A stretch of 64,000 bases of DNA, from NCBI GenBank assembly GCA_048938105.1, contig JBHLMN010000012.1:128001-192000 (forward strand), in the 5' to 3' direction. A program made the position numbers and the translations under genes. This document shows positions 28,829 through 39,083 of the stretch, one piece after another. The DNA is from Promethearchaeota archaeon (GTDB lineage Archaea > Asgardarchaeota > Heimdallarchaeia > Hodarchaeales > Hodarchaeaceae). Below the pieces are notes generated by a model that saw only the letters and a list, made by a program, of their open reading frames with translations, had not been told where the DNA came from and searched no databases. Within the stretch, counting starts at the first letter, position 1. Each line of letters opens with the position of its first letter.

Positions 28829-29709
28829 ATGATAATAATTTTAGATCACTAATTACTTCACTCATAATAATATGCATTGCTGCATGTCTTGCACTCATTG
28901 GTAGCCACAGGGGTATAACTGTTTTTGGTGGAATACCAGTATTTGCACTTGGAGTAGCTATTGCCTTTATAATTCAATGGATTGCGTTTATACCTGCTTA
29001 TATCAAAAGAACAGAGAAATTTTTCGATTTGACTGGCTCTTTGACTTACAGTATTGTGATTATTTTTTCAGTTGTTTTGAGTTCTGAAATCAATATACGA
29101 TCTATTTTACTGATGTTTTTGGTCTTGATCTGGGCGATTCGCCTTGGTATGTTCTTGTTTAGGAGAATACTGAAAGAGGGTGAGGATAAACGCTTCAAGG
29201 AAATCAAAGAATCAGGTTCGCGTTTTCTATTAACTTGGACTCTTCAAGGTTTGTGGGTTAGCTTTACATTAGCAGCTGCATTGGCTGCGATCACAGTAAA
29301 ACAGAGGGTAGAATTTGGCGTCTTTGGTTTAATTGGTCTTCTGGTTTGGATCATAGGCTTTGGATTTGAAGCTGTTGCAGACTATCAGAAGAGTAAATTC
29401 AGATCTATTCCTGAAAACAAAGGAAAATTTATTACTACTGGATTATGGTCGATATCACGACATCCCAATTACTTTGGAGAGATCCTCCTATGGATCGGTA
29501 TTGCAATCATTGCACTTCCAACACTTCAAGGTTGGAGATGGCTAACACTAATTTCTCCTATTTTTGTCACATTATTATTGACCAAGGTTAGTGGTATTCC
29601 ATTACTTGAGAAACATGCAGATGAAAAGTGGGGTGGTCAGGAGGAATATGAGCAATACAAAAGTAAGACTCCAGTATTAATCCCAAGGCCATTCTTCAAA
29701 TCAAATTAA
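28825..29709 (+). CDS. DUF1295 / steroid 5-alpha-reductase-like membrane protein
   Basis: FFDLTGS, WAIRLG, EDKRF, WTLQGLW, ADYQK, GLWSISRHPNYFGE; ATGA overlap with the upstream gene. Confidence 0.9.
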   Translation: MNDNNFRSLITSLIIICIAACLALIGSHRGITVFGGIPVFALGVAIAFIIQWIAFIPAYIKRTEKFFDLTGSLTYSIVIIFSVVLSSEINIRSILLMFLVLIWAIRLGMFLFRRILKEGEDKRFKEIKESGSRFLLTWTLQGLWVSFTLAAALAAITVKQRVEFGVFGLIGLLVWIIGFGFEAVADYQKSKFRSIPENKGKFITTGLWSISRHPNYFGEILLWIGIAIIALPTLQGWRWLTLISPIFVTLLLTKVSGIPLLEKHADEKWGGQEEYEQYKSKTPVLIPRPFFKSN

Positions 29710-29841
29710 GGAATGCTAGTTACCCATGCTGAATAACTCTTCTAACGATTAAACTCTATAACATATAAAAGATCAGAGGAAAATATTGATAAAGCTGAAT
29801 TTCGCAGTTCTTTCCTGATATATGGCTAAAATATTATTTAA

Positions 29842-30180
29842 TCAAACCAATGCATCTGATGGCCACTCTATATGAATAATAAAGGATTTTGCTGTTGCAC
29901 GGTAATATTTAAGAAAAAATCCATATTCATTTTGAACCTTTCGAGTAAGAAACGCTAAATCCTTTGAAACTAGGTCATCAAGATATCTTTTAATGGTACC
30001 AGGGTTTAGTTCGGTTTTTTGTTTCAATTCCATTATATTTAACTCCTTCTCGAGTAATAAATTGAGTATAATCTGCTTTTTTTGGTGGAATAATACTGGA
30101 ACTACAGAGGGATCATTGATTACCTTTACTTTAGGAATATCAGAATTCTCATCTGAATCTTCAGGTTTATCATAGAACAT
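29842..30180 (-). CDS. ArsR-like winged-HTH regulator
   Basis: ILNLLLEKELNIMELKQKTELNPGTIKRYLDDL...KYYRATA. Confidence 0.85.
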   Translation of the reverse strand: MFYDKPEDSDENSDIPKVKVINDPSVVPVLFHQKKQIILNLLLEKELNIMELKQKTELNPGTIKRYLDDLVSKDLAFLTRKVQNEYGFFLKYYRATAKSFIIHIEWPSDALV

Positions 30181-30200
30181 TCTAATGTGATCCTAGTAGA

Positions 30201-31043
30201 TCATTCTTTTCCTTCGGTTTTTGTAGTTAATATAGTTGTGTTATAAATTCGTGTTGAGATCAAGCTAAGAATAGGTATGCCAATGAGGACATTTATAAAA
30301 GTAACAATCAAAAAAATCAGATTAAAAAATAAAAATGTCTCCACGCTGGTAACTATTAGAAGTCGAGTGATATCAACAATAAACATTGTGCCTCGAAAGA
30401 GTAGATGATATGTACCAATTGAAAAAAACAGCCGTGAGAAATGATGATTTAATATTAAAAAATTCTCAGTGAAACTTTTTTTTATTTCTTTAACTACTAT
30501 AATACTCGGGAATATTTCAATGAAAGTAATATTCAGCATAAAATCGACAAAATAAACAATAACCTTGATCAAAACTAAAAAAGTACGATCTCCTCCATTT
30601 GACTGAATTAATTCTAACAATGAGAACATACTGAAGAGTTGTTCCAGAACGATAATTAACGCATAAGGCAATGTCAACAGTGCGAAATACAGCCAAAATT
30701 TCTTAAAATAGGAAATAGATCTTCTAAACTCTGTAAATAATTCCCCAGATGTCATAATATCAAATGTTAAACCAAAAACAGTCCTTGCGTATGATAGGAG
30801 TAAGAAGAATATTAAACAAAAAATTAATAGGATAATTGGCATGAGTATTAATCTAATGATCTCATTAAATTGAAAATAGTTCTCTAGTAATACAAATCGT
30901 ATAATAGAAATACCAGTAAAAACTAATATGATAATTCCAGTTAAGAATAATATAAATGTCTTGATATATTCTTTTTTATATTCTAAGTATACTCTAAACG
31001 CGATTCTTATATCAGTTATTGACTCCTCAAGCATTCTTATCAT
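30201..31043 (-). CDS. Polytopic membrane protein of unknown function
   Basis: About six TM segments; AAGGA SD. Confidence 0.7.
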   Translation of the reverse strand: MIRMLEESITDIRIAFRVYLEYKKEYIKTFILFLTGIIILVFTGISIIRFVLLENYFQFNEIIRLILMPIILLIFCLIFFLLLSYARTVFGLTFDIMTSGELFTEFRRSISYFKKFWLYFALLTLPYALIIVLEQLFSMFSLLELIQSNGGDRTFLVLIKVIVYFVDFMLNITFIEIFPSIIVVKEIKKSFTENFLILNHHFSRLFFSIGTYHLLFRGTMFIVDITRLLIVTSVETFLFFNLIFLIVTFINVLIGIPILSLISTRIYNTTILTTKTEGKE

Positions 31044-31220
31044 CGTTTCCTTGTCAAGGTAAAAATTGGTTTGTAAACTCGGGGTTTGTTTTTAATAAAA
31101 AGTTTTTTTCTAATTAAGTTTAGAGCACATTTTGGTTTTACAATTTAGATAAGTCGATTCATCAGTTGTTCAATACTTCGTATTTAACAAAAATATCTAG
31201 ACTTTAATAGATTTCCTTTG

Positions 31221-31301
31221 GTTTTGTTAAAATTGCAAAAAGCAGTAAATTTATAAGTTCGTTTTGCAGAAAATACAAAACGGGTAAGAATGGATTACCC
31301 G
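31221..31301. promoter_or_regulatory. Two TTTTG-N9-CAAAA palindromes flanking a TATA box, followed by a 7-bp hairpin
   Basis: Palindromes at 31222-31240 and 31262-31280; TTTATAA 31250-31256; CGGGTAA-N7-TTACCCG 31281-31301. Confidence 0.55.
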
Positions 31302-31343
31302 ACAAATAATCTCTGTTCTACAAAAGTTTAAGGAAAAAGCGCG

Positions 31344-32114
31344 ATGTATATCGAAAAAGATGAAAATAAAACTCTAGGGGAGGAAATTAGAAGTGAAAAC
31401 TCCATCAATTTAGTAGTGACAACTTTTCTATTAGGTGTGAGCATTTATGTAGTGGCCCAGCTTATCGGAATATTTCTTACTACTGAATCATTTGGTCCAA
31501 TTATCGAAGGAGGAAATGTGTCAAAACTGTTATTAACTCAGTCAATGTTTCTGTTTCTCTCTCTTGTCACTATATTTTTTCTGACTAAAGGAAAATTAAC
31601 TCACTATGGATTAAATAAACCTATCGGAGCAGTAAAATGGGGATATATTATTGGATTAGGATTATTGATTGGTTCAATTGCTACCATCCTCATTATTGTA
31701 ACAGGAGCAAATGGAAATCCTGCTTTAACAGGTCTAGGTATTAGAGAAAAAATAGTCTTACTTTGGTTTTTAGCTAGTATAGCAGAAGAAGTTTTCGTTA
31801 GAGGTTTATTACAGGGGTATCTGAATCCTCTAGAGGGTATGAAAATTAGTATTGGTAAGCAAAATTTCTCATATCCAGTTGTTTTCAGTGCTATATTTTT
31901 TGGTACCATCCATCTACCGCTAGTATTTTTTGGGGCAGACCTTATCACAATTTGTATTATCTTTTCAATGACAATAACTCTGGGTTTCTTTACAGCCTCT
32001 TTACGAGAGAAATATCAAAGTATATTACCTTCAATTGGCATTCATATTACAACAAATATTGGAGGAACAATGCTAGGTCCAATAATATATGCAATCTTGG
32101 TAGGATCAATTTAA
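31344..32114 (+). CDS. CPBP (type II CAAX/Abi) intramembrane protease
   Basis: AEEVFVRG, FGTIH, IGIHITTN. Confidence 0.9.
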   Translation: MYIEKDENKTLGEEIRSENSINLVVTTFLLGVSIYVVAQLIGIFLTTESFGPIIEGGNVSKLLLTQSMFLFLSLVTIFFLTKGKLTHYGLNKPIGAVKWGYIIGLGLLIGSIATILIIVTGANGNPALTGLGIREKIVLLWFLASIAEEVFVRGLLQGYLNPLEGMKISIGKQNFSYPVVFSAIFFGTIHLPLVFFGADLITICIIFSMTITLGFFTASLREKYQSILPSIGIHITTNIGGTMLGPIIYAILVGSI

Positions 32115-32432
32115 TTGGGATCCCCATCAATAGGTGAATAATTCGTTCTCTTAAGTTGTTTCAAGGTCAATATGTAGTTTCTGATCCCAAAGGTTAAGCT
32201 AGCTCCCAAATTCAATGACATTTATTCCAGTAATCATCCCAATCTCACTGGAATAGATCATATTTTTTTTCATTCTATTTCGATAATATAATTTCATATA
32301 GGACTCCCAAGGAAACCCATGAATTCATTCAGGGAAGGAATTGGGGATGGAAAAAAGATTATTTGCATTATTATTAACAAAACATTATAAATAAAAAAAA
32401 ACATTAAATGATATTTGTTTGTGCAGTAGGAT

Positions 32433-33617
32433 ATGGAAAATCAAAATAAAGGAAGTAGTTGGTTTATTTTCTCTACACCAGCTATTCTTGCTGCGGGTTA
32501 TCTTTCATTGCAATTTTTAATCGAATTCCTTGTAGCATTGCTGCTTTTTATCGTTCAATTAACCGATGATATTGTGATAAGTAAGTTTATTGTCTTAATT
32601 ATTAGTCAGATGCTTCTTACCGTGATAATTATCTTTGTGATAACCCCTTTCCTGAAAATTAAAGATGTTGAGTTTACTACTGTTAGCTATACTAGTTTTC
32701 TAAAATTTATTGCAGTTTTTTGTCTATTCTGGGCGATTACGATACCTATTACCCTAATTTTTTCAGTTTTTTCCACTAATTTCAGTATAGGGGAAGCAAT
32801 CTATGAAAAAACATTACCACTGTCGATCGGTCATCGTGGAAATCTATTCTCAGTCATCATGTGGTTACTAGCTGGTACTCTAAGCTTTGCCATATTTATG
32901 GAATATTTATTTCGAAGAACATTGATACCATTATTCGAAAAGCGTGGTTTATCTCCTTTTGCTGCAGTTATCACTTCAAGTATTGCTTTTGCTTTAGTTA
33001 GCATACCAAATTATCTCGGAATCCAACTAACAATTCTTACAGAATCCAACTTATTAATTCTATATTTTAGTAGATATGGATTATTAAATTCACTTTTCTG
33101 TTCCTTAAACCTTTTTATGACAACATTTATCCTTGGAATGGCTTGTGGAATTGTATATATCCTAACAAGAAATGTCATATTTTCAATTATGGTACATTGT
33201 CTTGGTATACTTCCCTACTACTTGATAGATTTATTTCATGATAATATTATGTTCGATTTATTGTTAGGTATTTTAATTATTGTGATTAACATTTCAGGCC
33301 TTCTTGTTGCCTTATTCACGAGTCATACTATTTTTAAAGCTTCATCCCAGACTGACTGGATTACTATCCTTAAGAAAAAGTCGGAAGTAAACATCAATCG
33401 CGGAATAACTGGATTCTTTATTACTTTTTGGGGAATAATTATTAATATTGTGATATTCATTGGTTTACTTGCCGAACATGCTCCTATTATAGTTGCTCTA
33501 TTGTTTAATATTATATTTCTTGGATTTTGCACTAAATATTTACGAGAAGATTCAATAGAGGATAAATCACCCACTGATCATAATGAAATGAAAGAATATG
33601 GTGAAATAAGTGAATAG
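32433..33617 (+). CDS. CPBP-family membrane protein with degenerate active site
   Basis: FMEYLFRR (EE reduced to ME), FALVS (His lost), MVH. Confidence 0.7.
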   Translation: MENQNKGSSWFIFSTPAILAAGYLSLQFLIEFLVALLLFIVQLTDDIVISKFIVLIISQMLLTVIIIFVITPFLKIKDVEFTTVSYTSFLKFIAVFCLFWAITIPITLIFSVFSTNFSIGEAIYEKTLPLSIGHRGNLFSVIMWLLAGTLSFAIFMEYLFRRTLIPLFEKRGLSPFAAVITSSIAFALVSIPNYLGIQLTILTESNLLILYFSRYGLLNSLFCSLNLFMTTFILGMACGIVYILTRNVIFSIMVHCLGILPYYLIDLFHDNIMFDLLLGILIIVINISGLLVALFTSHTIFKASSQTDWITILKKKSEVNINRGITGFFITFWGIIINIVIFIGLLAEHAPIIVALLFNIIFLGFCTKYLREDSIEDKSPTDHNEMKEYGEISE

Positions 33618-34695
33618 GAACATCAATTTACCTGTTAGTATCTTATTCATCATCATTGTTATATGGGGAATTAATAGTGGGATCCTTTGGTTAAATCTGT
33701 ACAACCAACAGATTCAAGATAAAACATGGTTAAGCTCAACACCAGAGGCTCAGGGGATGGATGCAGAAATACTTGAACAAGTAATTGGAGATATTAAACA
33801 GGAAAAGATAGGCATTGACTCATTGCTAATAATCCGTCATGGGTATATAGTATTTGAAAACTACCCGAATTTAGAGGAGTATCTTAGTCATATTATGTCC
33901 AATCAGGATAATATGCACTCTTTATATTCAGTTACAAAAAGCTTTACTTCTACCCTCATAGGTATAGCAATAAAAGAAGGATACATTGAAAATACCAGTT
34001 TAAAAGTGGTTGACTTTTTTCCTGACAAAATGATTGAAAACTTGGACTCCCGAAAGAAGAACATGACCCTTGACCACCTTTTAACTATGACTTCGGGTTT
34101 TGAATGGGATGAGTGGACTGGTGACAGCGCAATTAAGATGTTGGGAAGTGCTAATCCTATTGAACATATGCTTAATCTACCTATGAAATATGATCCAGGA
34201 ACTGTATTGGTCTATTGTACTGGAGCATCTCATCTGTTGTCTGCAATCATCCAGAAAGCAACAGGACACACAACTCTTGAATTCGCTCGTAAATACCTCT
34301 TTAAACCACTGGGAGTATCTGAAGTACAATGGACTTATGATCAACAAAATGTTTATCATGGGGGTCATGGTTTATCTTTAAGATCCCGAGATATAGCCAA
34401 ACTTGGTTATTTGTACCTGAATCATGGTATATGGAATGGAAAGCAAATTATATCAAAAGACTGGGTAAACAAATCAACCCAAACCTATAATTTCTTCCAT
34501 GAAGATAACGGTTATGGATATCATTGGTGGACATGGCCTCAAAGTAATGTATATTATGCAAGTGGTCTATATGGTCAGAGAATTTATGTGGCTCCAGATT
34601 ATGATCTGGTGGTTGTTTTCACAGCGAATATTTCAAATGAATTGGTGTTAGATGATTTATTCAATTCCATACTAATTTCTATAACCTCTAAATAA
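33610..34695 (+). CDS. Membrane-anchored serine hydrolase, beta-lactamase/AmpC-like family
   Basis: N-terminal TM, SVTK (SxxK), LLTMTSG, YCT, GYGYHWW, ASGLYGQ. Confidence 0.9.
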   Translation: MNRNINLPVSILFIIIVIWGINSGILWLNLYNQQIQDKTWLSSTPEAQGMDAEILEQVIGDIKQEKIGIDSLLIIRHGYIVFENYPNLEEYLSHIMSNQDNMHSLYSVTKSFTSTLIGIAIKEGYIENTSLKVVDFFPDKMIENLDSRKKNMTLDHLLTMTSGFEWDEWTGDSAIKMLGSANPIEHMLNLPMKYDPGTVLVYCTGASHLLSAIIQKATGHTTLEFARKYLFKPLGVSEVQWTYDQQNVYHGGHGLSLRSRDIAKLGYLYLNHGIWNGKQIISKDWVNKSTQTYNFFHEDNGYGYHWWTWPQSNVYYASGLYGQRIYVAPDYDLVVVFTANISNELVLDDLFNSILISITSK

Positions 34696-34836
34696 GTGAA
34701 TTTAATCCTTCAGTTCTTACTTTTTCTATTGATTTTTAAATTTACTATAATCCTAAATGGATCTAAGAAAAGGTATTGATAGATCTTTCAGATTCTAAGA
34801 AGCTGGGATTAATACTTAAGTAAAAAAAAGAAGATT

Positions 34837-35451
34837 GTGAATGCCATGAATAGTATTCCTAAATCAGTTCTTGCTTCCCTTGAATACTCCACTGATGGCA
34901 AAACATGGTTACAAGGGAAAGGAGAGCGTTTTATTAGAAAATTAGGGATTAAGGAAGACCAATCAATACTTGACTTTGGCTGTCGTATTGGTCATTATGT
35001 AATACCTAGTGCTGTCGTTGTTGGGCCAACTGGGCGAGTTTATGCTCTTGACAAAGACCATGATTCTCTAGATTTTTTAATAGAAAATGCAAAGAAACTC
35101 GATTTAATTAATCGCATCATTCCGATTAAGACTACAGGAGAGCTGAATATATCCCTAGAGAATGATTGTATTGATACCGTCCTTTTATATGATATTATTC
35201 ATATAATCATTGGTATTGATGGCACTCTTAAACCTCTTCAGTTGTTATTAACCGAACTATCTCGGATTCTTAAATCTGGAGGGTTATTATCCGTATTTAT
35301 ATCAGCAAATCACTTAAGCAAAATAAATTACACAAAACAAGATATTATTGATGAAATTAACAAAATTTTTACTTATAGGAACATGTTCAAGGAAGAAATG
35401 ATGCACTGGGATTGGTTAATGGAAGGACAAGTTGAGAATTTTAATCTTTGA
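34837..35451 (+). CDS. Class I SAM-dependent methyltransferase
   Basis: ILDFGCRIG, VYALD, RILKSGG. Confidence 0.85.
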   Translation: MNAMNSIPKSVLASLEYSTDGKTWLQGKGERFIRKLGIKEDQSILDFGCRIGHYVIPSAVVVGPTGRVYALDKDHDSLDFLIENAKKLDLINRIIPIKTTGELNISLENDCIDTVLLYDIIHIIIGIDGTLKPLQLLLTELSRILKSGGLLSVFISANHLSKINYTKQDIIDEINKIFTYRNMFKEEMMHWDWLMEGQVENFNL

Positions 35452-35479
35452 GTAAGCATACCTTAAATAATAGTTTCTT

Positions 35480-36946
35480 CTATTGATTCATAAAACAACC
35501 TAGCACTTGAGTTTGAAATGCTTTTTTGTCTTCAAGCGCCAGAAACCATTCAACTAGCTTAACTGCCTCAAAAAACACATTGTGCTGTTCAAATTCAAAA
35601 TTCGCGGTCACTTCGATGGGAGGATTAGTAATTGATTTTACATAGTCGTCTGTAAACAGAGTTGCCTTGAATCTTTCCAGATCAGTTAATATTGTAAGCA
35701 ATTTTGTATAATCATAACCCCTTTTAGCATTTGCGTGAACTAACAGAGCTCCAACAATTTCGACAATTTCCTCCCATTTATCTGATTTAAAATCCTTTAC
35801 TAACATTTCTTTAGAGACATAAAGAGCTTTTCTAACGTATAGTATCTCTGTAAGAGCTTTTCCTTCTCTTATTCGACGACCAGCTTCAACGATGAGTCCC
35901 GCGTTTTTCATAATCTGTAAATAATTGTAAACAGTACTTTTTTTCTTTTTACGAGGAGTATAGTTTATTTTTTTCCCAACTTTTCTATCCTCTTCAATCC
36001 TTGCCAAAACTGCGTTATGATGTTGCTCGTGGATCTCGTTAAGAGTCATGGGTTTTCTTAATAATAACAAAATAGCCCTGTGATTATAATTCCAAACGAC
36101 TGTATCCCAAGTTTCTACGTCAAGAGTGTGTACCAACATTGGAGTGTATTCGATATAATCAATAGTAGAGGAACCTGAATCTGAAATATTGTTCTGGTTT
36201 TCCCTTTTTGAATCACGGATGTTACCAGTTGGTTTACTCTCATTATAACACGAGCTTAATCTTTCACTAATACAATTGAGATCTTTCTTTTGCATTATCC
36301 AATGAAAAAGAGAAAAAAGGTCAAATGACTGAGTGATAGTATCGGGATCTGACATGTTAAGTTTCTTGATGAATTCATTCTTTTCCTTGTCGGATTTAGA
36401 GTCTTCTACTAAATCTTTTAGTGCATTTTTTAAGCCACAATATCGTTCAGTCTCGAATTGGTGAAAAAGGTCTTTCAATAGTTGGACTGAAGGTGGTTTA
36501 TGGTTGAAATGCTTATCAATAACGGTTCCTATACAAAGGGCTATATTCTCCCCAATTTTATCAGAGGACCATATTTTGATTTCTGGACGTTCAGGGATTA
36601 TTATTTCTGCTACCAGATCGTAAAGCACTTTTGAGGATGTGTGAGGAGATTGAAATAATCGACCAGCCTTAATCAAAATGTCATTATCTAATAAGTCATT
36701 CAAGTATCGATAAATTGAACTGACAGATTTCTGAGTATTTTCTCTGTTATTGTACTCCTTGTGGATTTCATCTATCGATAATGGCTTATCTGATAAAATC
36801 TCAATAATGGGGTGGTAATCTGGATTGTGTACGTATTTATGCCAAATATCTCTATCAATCCCAATGATAAATTGTCGTTTTTTATTGATAAATGTCTTGA
36901 CCATAATTTTTCCACAAAAATTGAATCTTGGAATAGATTTTCTCAA
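35480..36946 (-). CDS. Internally duplicated winged-HTH protein (probable regulator)
   Basis: KPLSIDEIH...SSIYRYLNDL...AGR...VLY repeated as KPMTLNEIH...STVYNYLQIM...AGR...ILY. Confidence 0.75.
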   Translation of the reverse strand: MRKSIPRFNFCGKIMVKTFINKKRQFIIGIDRDIWHKYVHNPDYHPIIEILSDKPLSIDEIHKEYNNRENTQKSVSSIYRYLNDLLDNDILIKAGRLFQSPHTSSKVLYDLVAEIIIPERPEIKIWSSDKIGENIALCIGTVIDKHFNHKPPSVQLLKDLFHQFETERYCGLKNALKDLVEDSKSDKEKNEFIKKLNMSDPDTITQSFDLFSLFHWIMQKKDLNCISERLSSCYNESKPTGNIRDSKRENQNNISDSGSSTIDYIEYTPMLVHTLDVETWDTVVWNYNHRAILLLLRKPMTLNEIHEQHHNAVLARIEEDRKVGKKINYTPRKKKKSTVYNYLQIMKNAGLIVEAGRRIREGKALTEILYVRKALYVSKEMLVKDFKSDKWEEIVEIVGALLVHANAKRGYDYTKLLTILTDLERFKATLFTDDYVKSITNPPIEVTANFEFEQHNVFFEAVKLVEWFLALEDKKAFQTQVLGCFMNQ

Positions 36947-37165
36947 ATTGGATAATAAAATTTTTGCATGTTTTCAAATTATTTTTAGCCAATATCATAA
37001 GATTTAAAAAAAGCTGAGGAACATCTGGTTTTTCATAGAATATATTTGAAAAAAGATGAAAAATATAATAGAATTCGTATTTCTAGAGAAATATCGATTT
37101 TCAATAGTTTAATCTCTAAAAATAATATTCTTAATGCATTTAAATTCTCTTAGGTGTAGGAATGA

Positions 37166-38512
37166 ATGGTAATTCGTCGCTATTTAGGTATTGAGAGTTT
37201 ACCAGAGGAAGCAAAATCAATGGTTAAGAATTTTTTAACAATCGAATTGTTAAATTCGTTTTTATTTAGCTTATCTAGCACATTCTATATTCTCAATGCC
37301 ATTGACAAAATTGGATTTACTTTGGCTGCAGTCATCACTTCAGTGATGTTAATGATTCAGCTCATGTGTGATTTTCCCTCTGGATCATTAGGCGATTATA
37401 TTGGCCAGAAGTGGGTGATGACACTTGCTTATATCTGTTATAGTATGGCCTTCTTTTTATTATCAATAGCTCAGACATTTCCAATTTTTCTATTGATAGC
37501 ATTATTCAATGGCTTAGGAAATGCTCAATCTTCTGGAACAATTGAATCTTGGTTCGACTCAAACTATAAAAGAACATCAAAACAGTTTGACCCTGAAAGG
37601 AAGGTTTATGGTTTTGTAAGAGATCGTGTAGGTCTTGCCACCAATATTTCTCTTGCCATTTCATTCATGATAGGTGGGACTCTAGCTACCGTTTTTTCAC
37701 GTCAACTTGTTTTTTTTCTCCAGGTTTTTTTGACCATTTTTCTGATTGTGTATACTTTGAAAAATCTTAATGATATAGATTTCGATGGTGATCTCTCTGG
37801 TGAGAGCGAATCCCAAAAACGGTCTTACGTCCAATATCTTAAAGGAGGAATCAAGTTTATGTTTCTAAGTAAAGCCACGTTTTTCCTCATACTTGGTCTA
37901 GCAATCTATCAAGTAACTTGGTTGATTTGGGGCAATTTAATTCTTTTTCCTCTCTATTTTGGTTATACAGGCTCAGATTTCGGAACAAGTGTTATTAGGA
38001 CAATTATCTTTCTCTTAGAAATCCCTGCAAGGTTGTATGTCGCTAAATGGAGTACCCGCTTTAAAAATGCCCAGTTCCCCTTCTTCCTTTTTCTTCATCT
38101 GTCTATCTTCTTTCCTGCTTATCTCATATTGTTCTTGTTATTACCTCCCCAAAATAGTTTCAATTTGATTGGATTTCTAGCCACTATAATTATAATGAAT
38201 GTATCCAACAGTTTCATTGTAAGGATAGCATACATTCTGCGAGATCGAATTATTATTGATTTAGTTCCTTCAGAGGTTAGAAATTCGGTTTATTCACTAA
38301 TCCCAACAATAATCTCTGTTTTTGGAATTCCACTGCTTGTTATTGTTGGTCAATTGGTGGAATATTTTGGATTGATCGCTGGGGTTGTATTTGCTTTTGG
38401 GATTTGCATCACTGGTTCTTCAATTCTGCTTATTTCCTTGAAACTAGGCCCTATTACTAAATTAGCTGAAGATATCCAGCTTACGAGTTCAAAGACTATT
38501 ATAGGGGGATGA
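37166..38512 (+). CDS. MFS transporter
   Basis: DFPSGSLGDYIGQK motif A; about 12 TM; VPSEVRNSVYS. Confidence 0.9.
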   Translation: MVIRRYLGIESLPEEAKSMVKNFLTIELLNSFLFSLSSTFYILNAIDKIGFTLAAVITSVMLMIQLMCDFPSGSLGDYIGQKWVMTLAYICYSMAFFLLSIAQTFPIFLLIALFNGLGNAQSSGTIESWFDSNYKRTSKQFDPERKVYGFVRDRVGLATNISLAISFMIGGTLATVFSRQLVFFLQVFLTIFLIVYTLKNLNDIDFDGDLSGESESQKRSYVQYLKGGIKFMFLSKATFFLILGLAIYQVTWLIWGNLILFPLYFGYTGSDFGTSVIRTIIFLLEIPARLYVAKWSTRFKNAQFPFFLFLHLSIFFPAYLILFLLLPPQNSFNLIGFLATIIIMNVSNSFIVRIAYILRDRIIIDLVPSEVRNSVYSLIPTIISVFGIPLLVIVGQLVEYFGLIAGVVFAFGICITGSSILLISLKLGPITKLAEDIQLTSSKTIIGG

Positions 38513-38612
38513 ATAAGGAGTCTTTAAGTGGTTCTCAGAAATGGACCTAGGATGATAGGCTTGATTACGACTTAATCCTTGATGTGGTTTAAATACGATC
38601 CAAATTATGCCT

Positions 38613-38963
38613 TTATATGTTAGTCTTTCCTTCATCAGTCAACATATTTTGTAGGACTGAAGAAAGGTTGGATGCATATTCAACAATGGATTTCCTTCCC
38701 TCTATACTTAGATATAAAACAGTTGTGGGCTTTAGGTCTATAAACTTTTTTTTAACCTCAATAAATCCTTTATTCTGGAGTTTTTTTATGTGAGACGATA
38801 AATTTCCACTTGTCAAACCTAAAGCCTTTTGTATAATAGTAAAAGGGGCCCTACCTCGCGGTAGGAGGAACATTAGAATAGAAAGCCGTGTTGGATTATG
38901 GAGATCTACATCTAATTCCAAGACAGTTTGAATATCATCCTTCTGAGAATCTGCAGCATTCAA
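38613..38963 (-). CDS. Winged-HTH transcriptional regulator (ArsR/MarR-like)
   Basis: HNPTRLSILMFL, LGLTSGNLSSHIKKL..GFI.V.K.F...P.T. Confidence 0.9.
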   Translation of the reverse strand: MNAADSQKDDIQTVLELDVDLHNPTRLSILMFLLPRGRAPFTIIQKALGLTSGNLSSHIKKLQNKGFIEVKKKFIDLKPTTVLYLSIEGRKSIVEYASNLSSVLQNMLTDEGKTNI

Positions 38964-39083
38964 CTGGATCGTGAGGTATAGAAAACAATAATTTTTATGT
39001 TTTTGGAATGTCTAGGCAACACGCTTCTCCTTCCCCATAATCTTTATTCCAGTAAAAAATAAACTTATTTTTGCGATCGTGGT

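Noticed and set aside
33610-34695. Bona fide beta-lactam resistance gene
   Set aside because: SxxK is present but the second motif is YCT; it fits the broad esterase/amidase serine hydrolase group and the substrate cannot be inferred.
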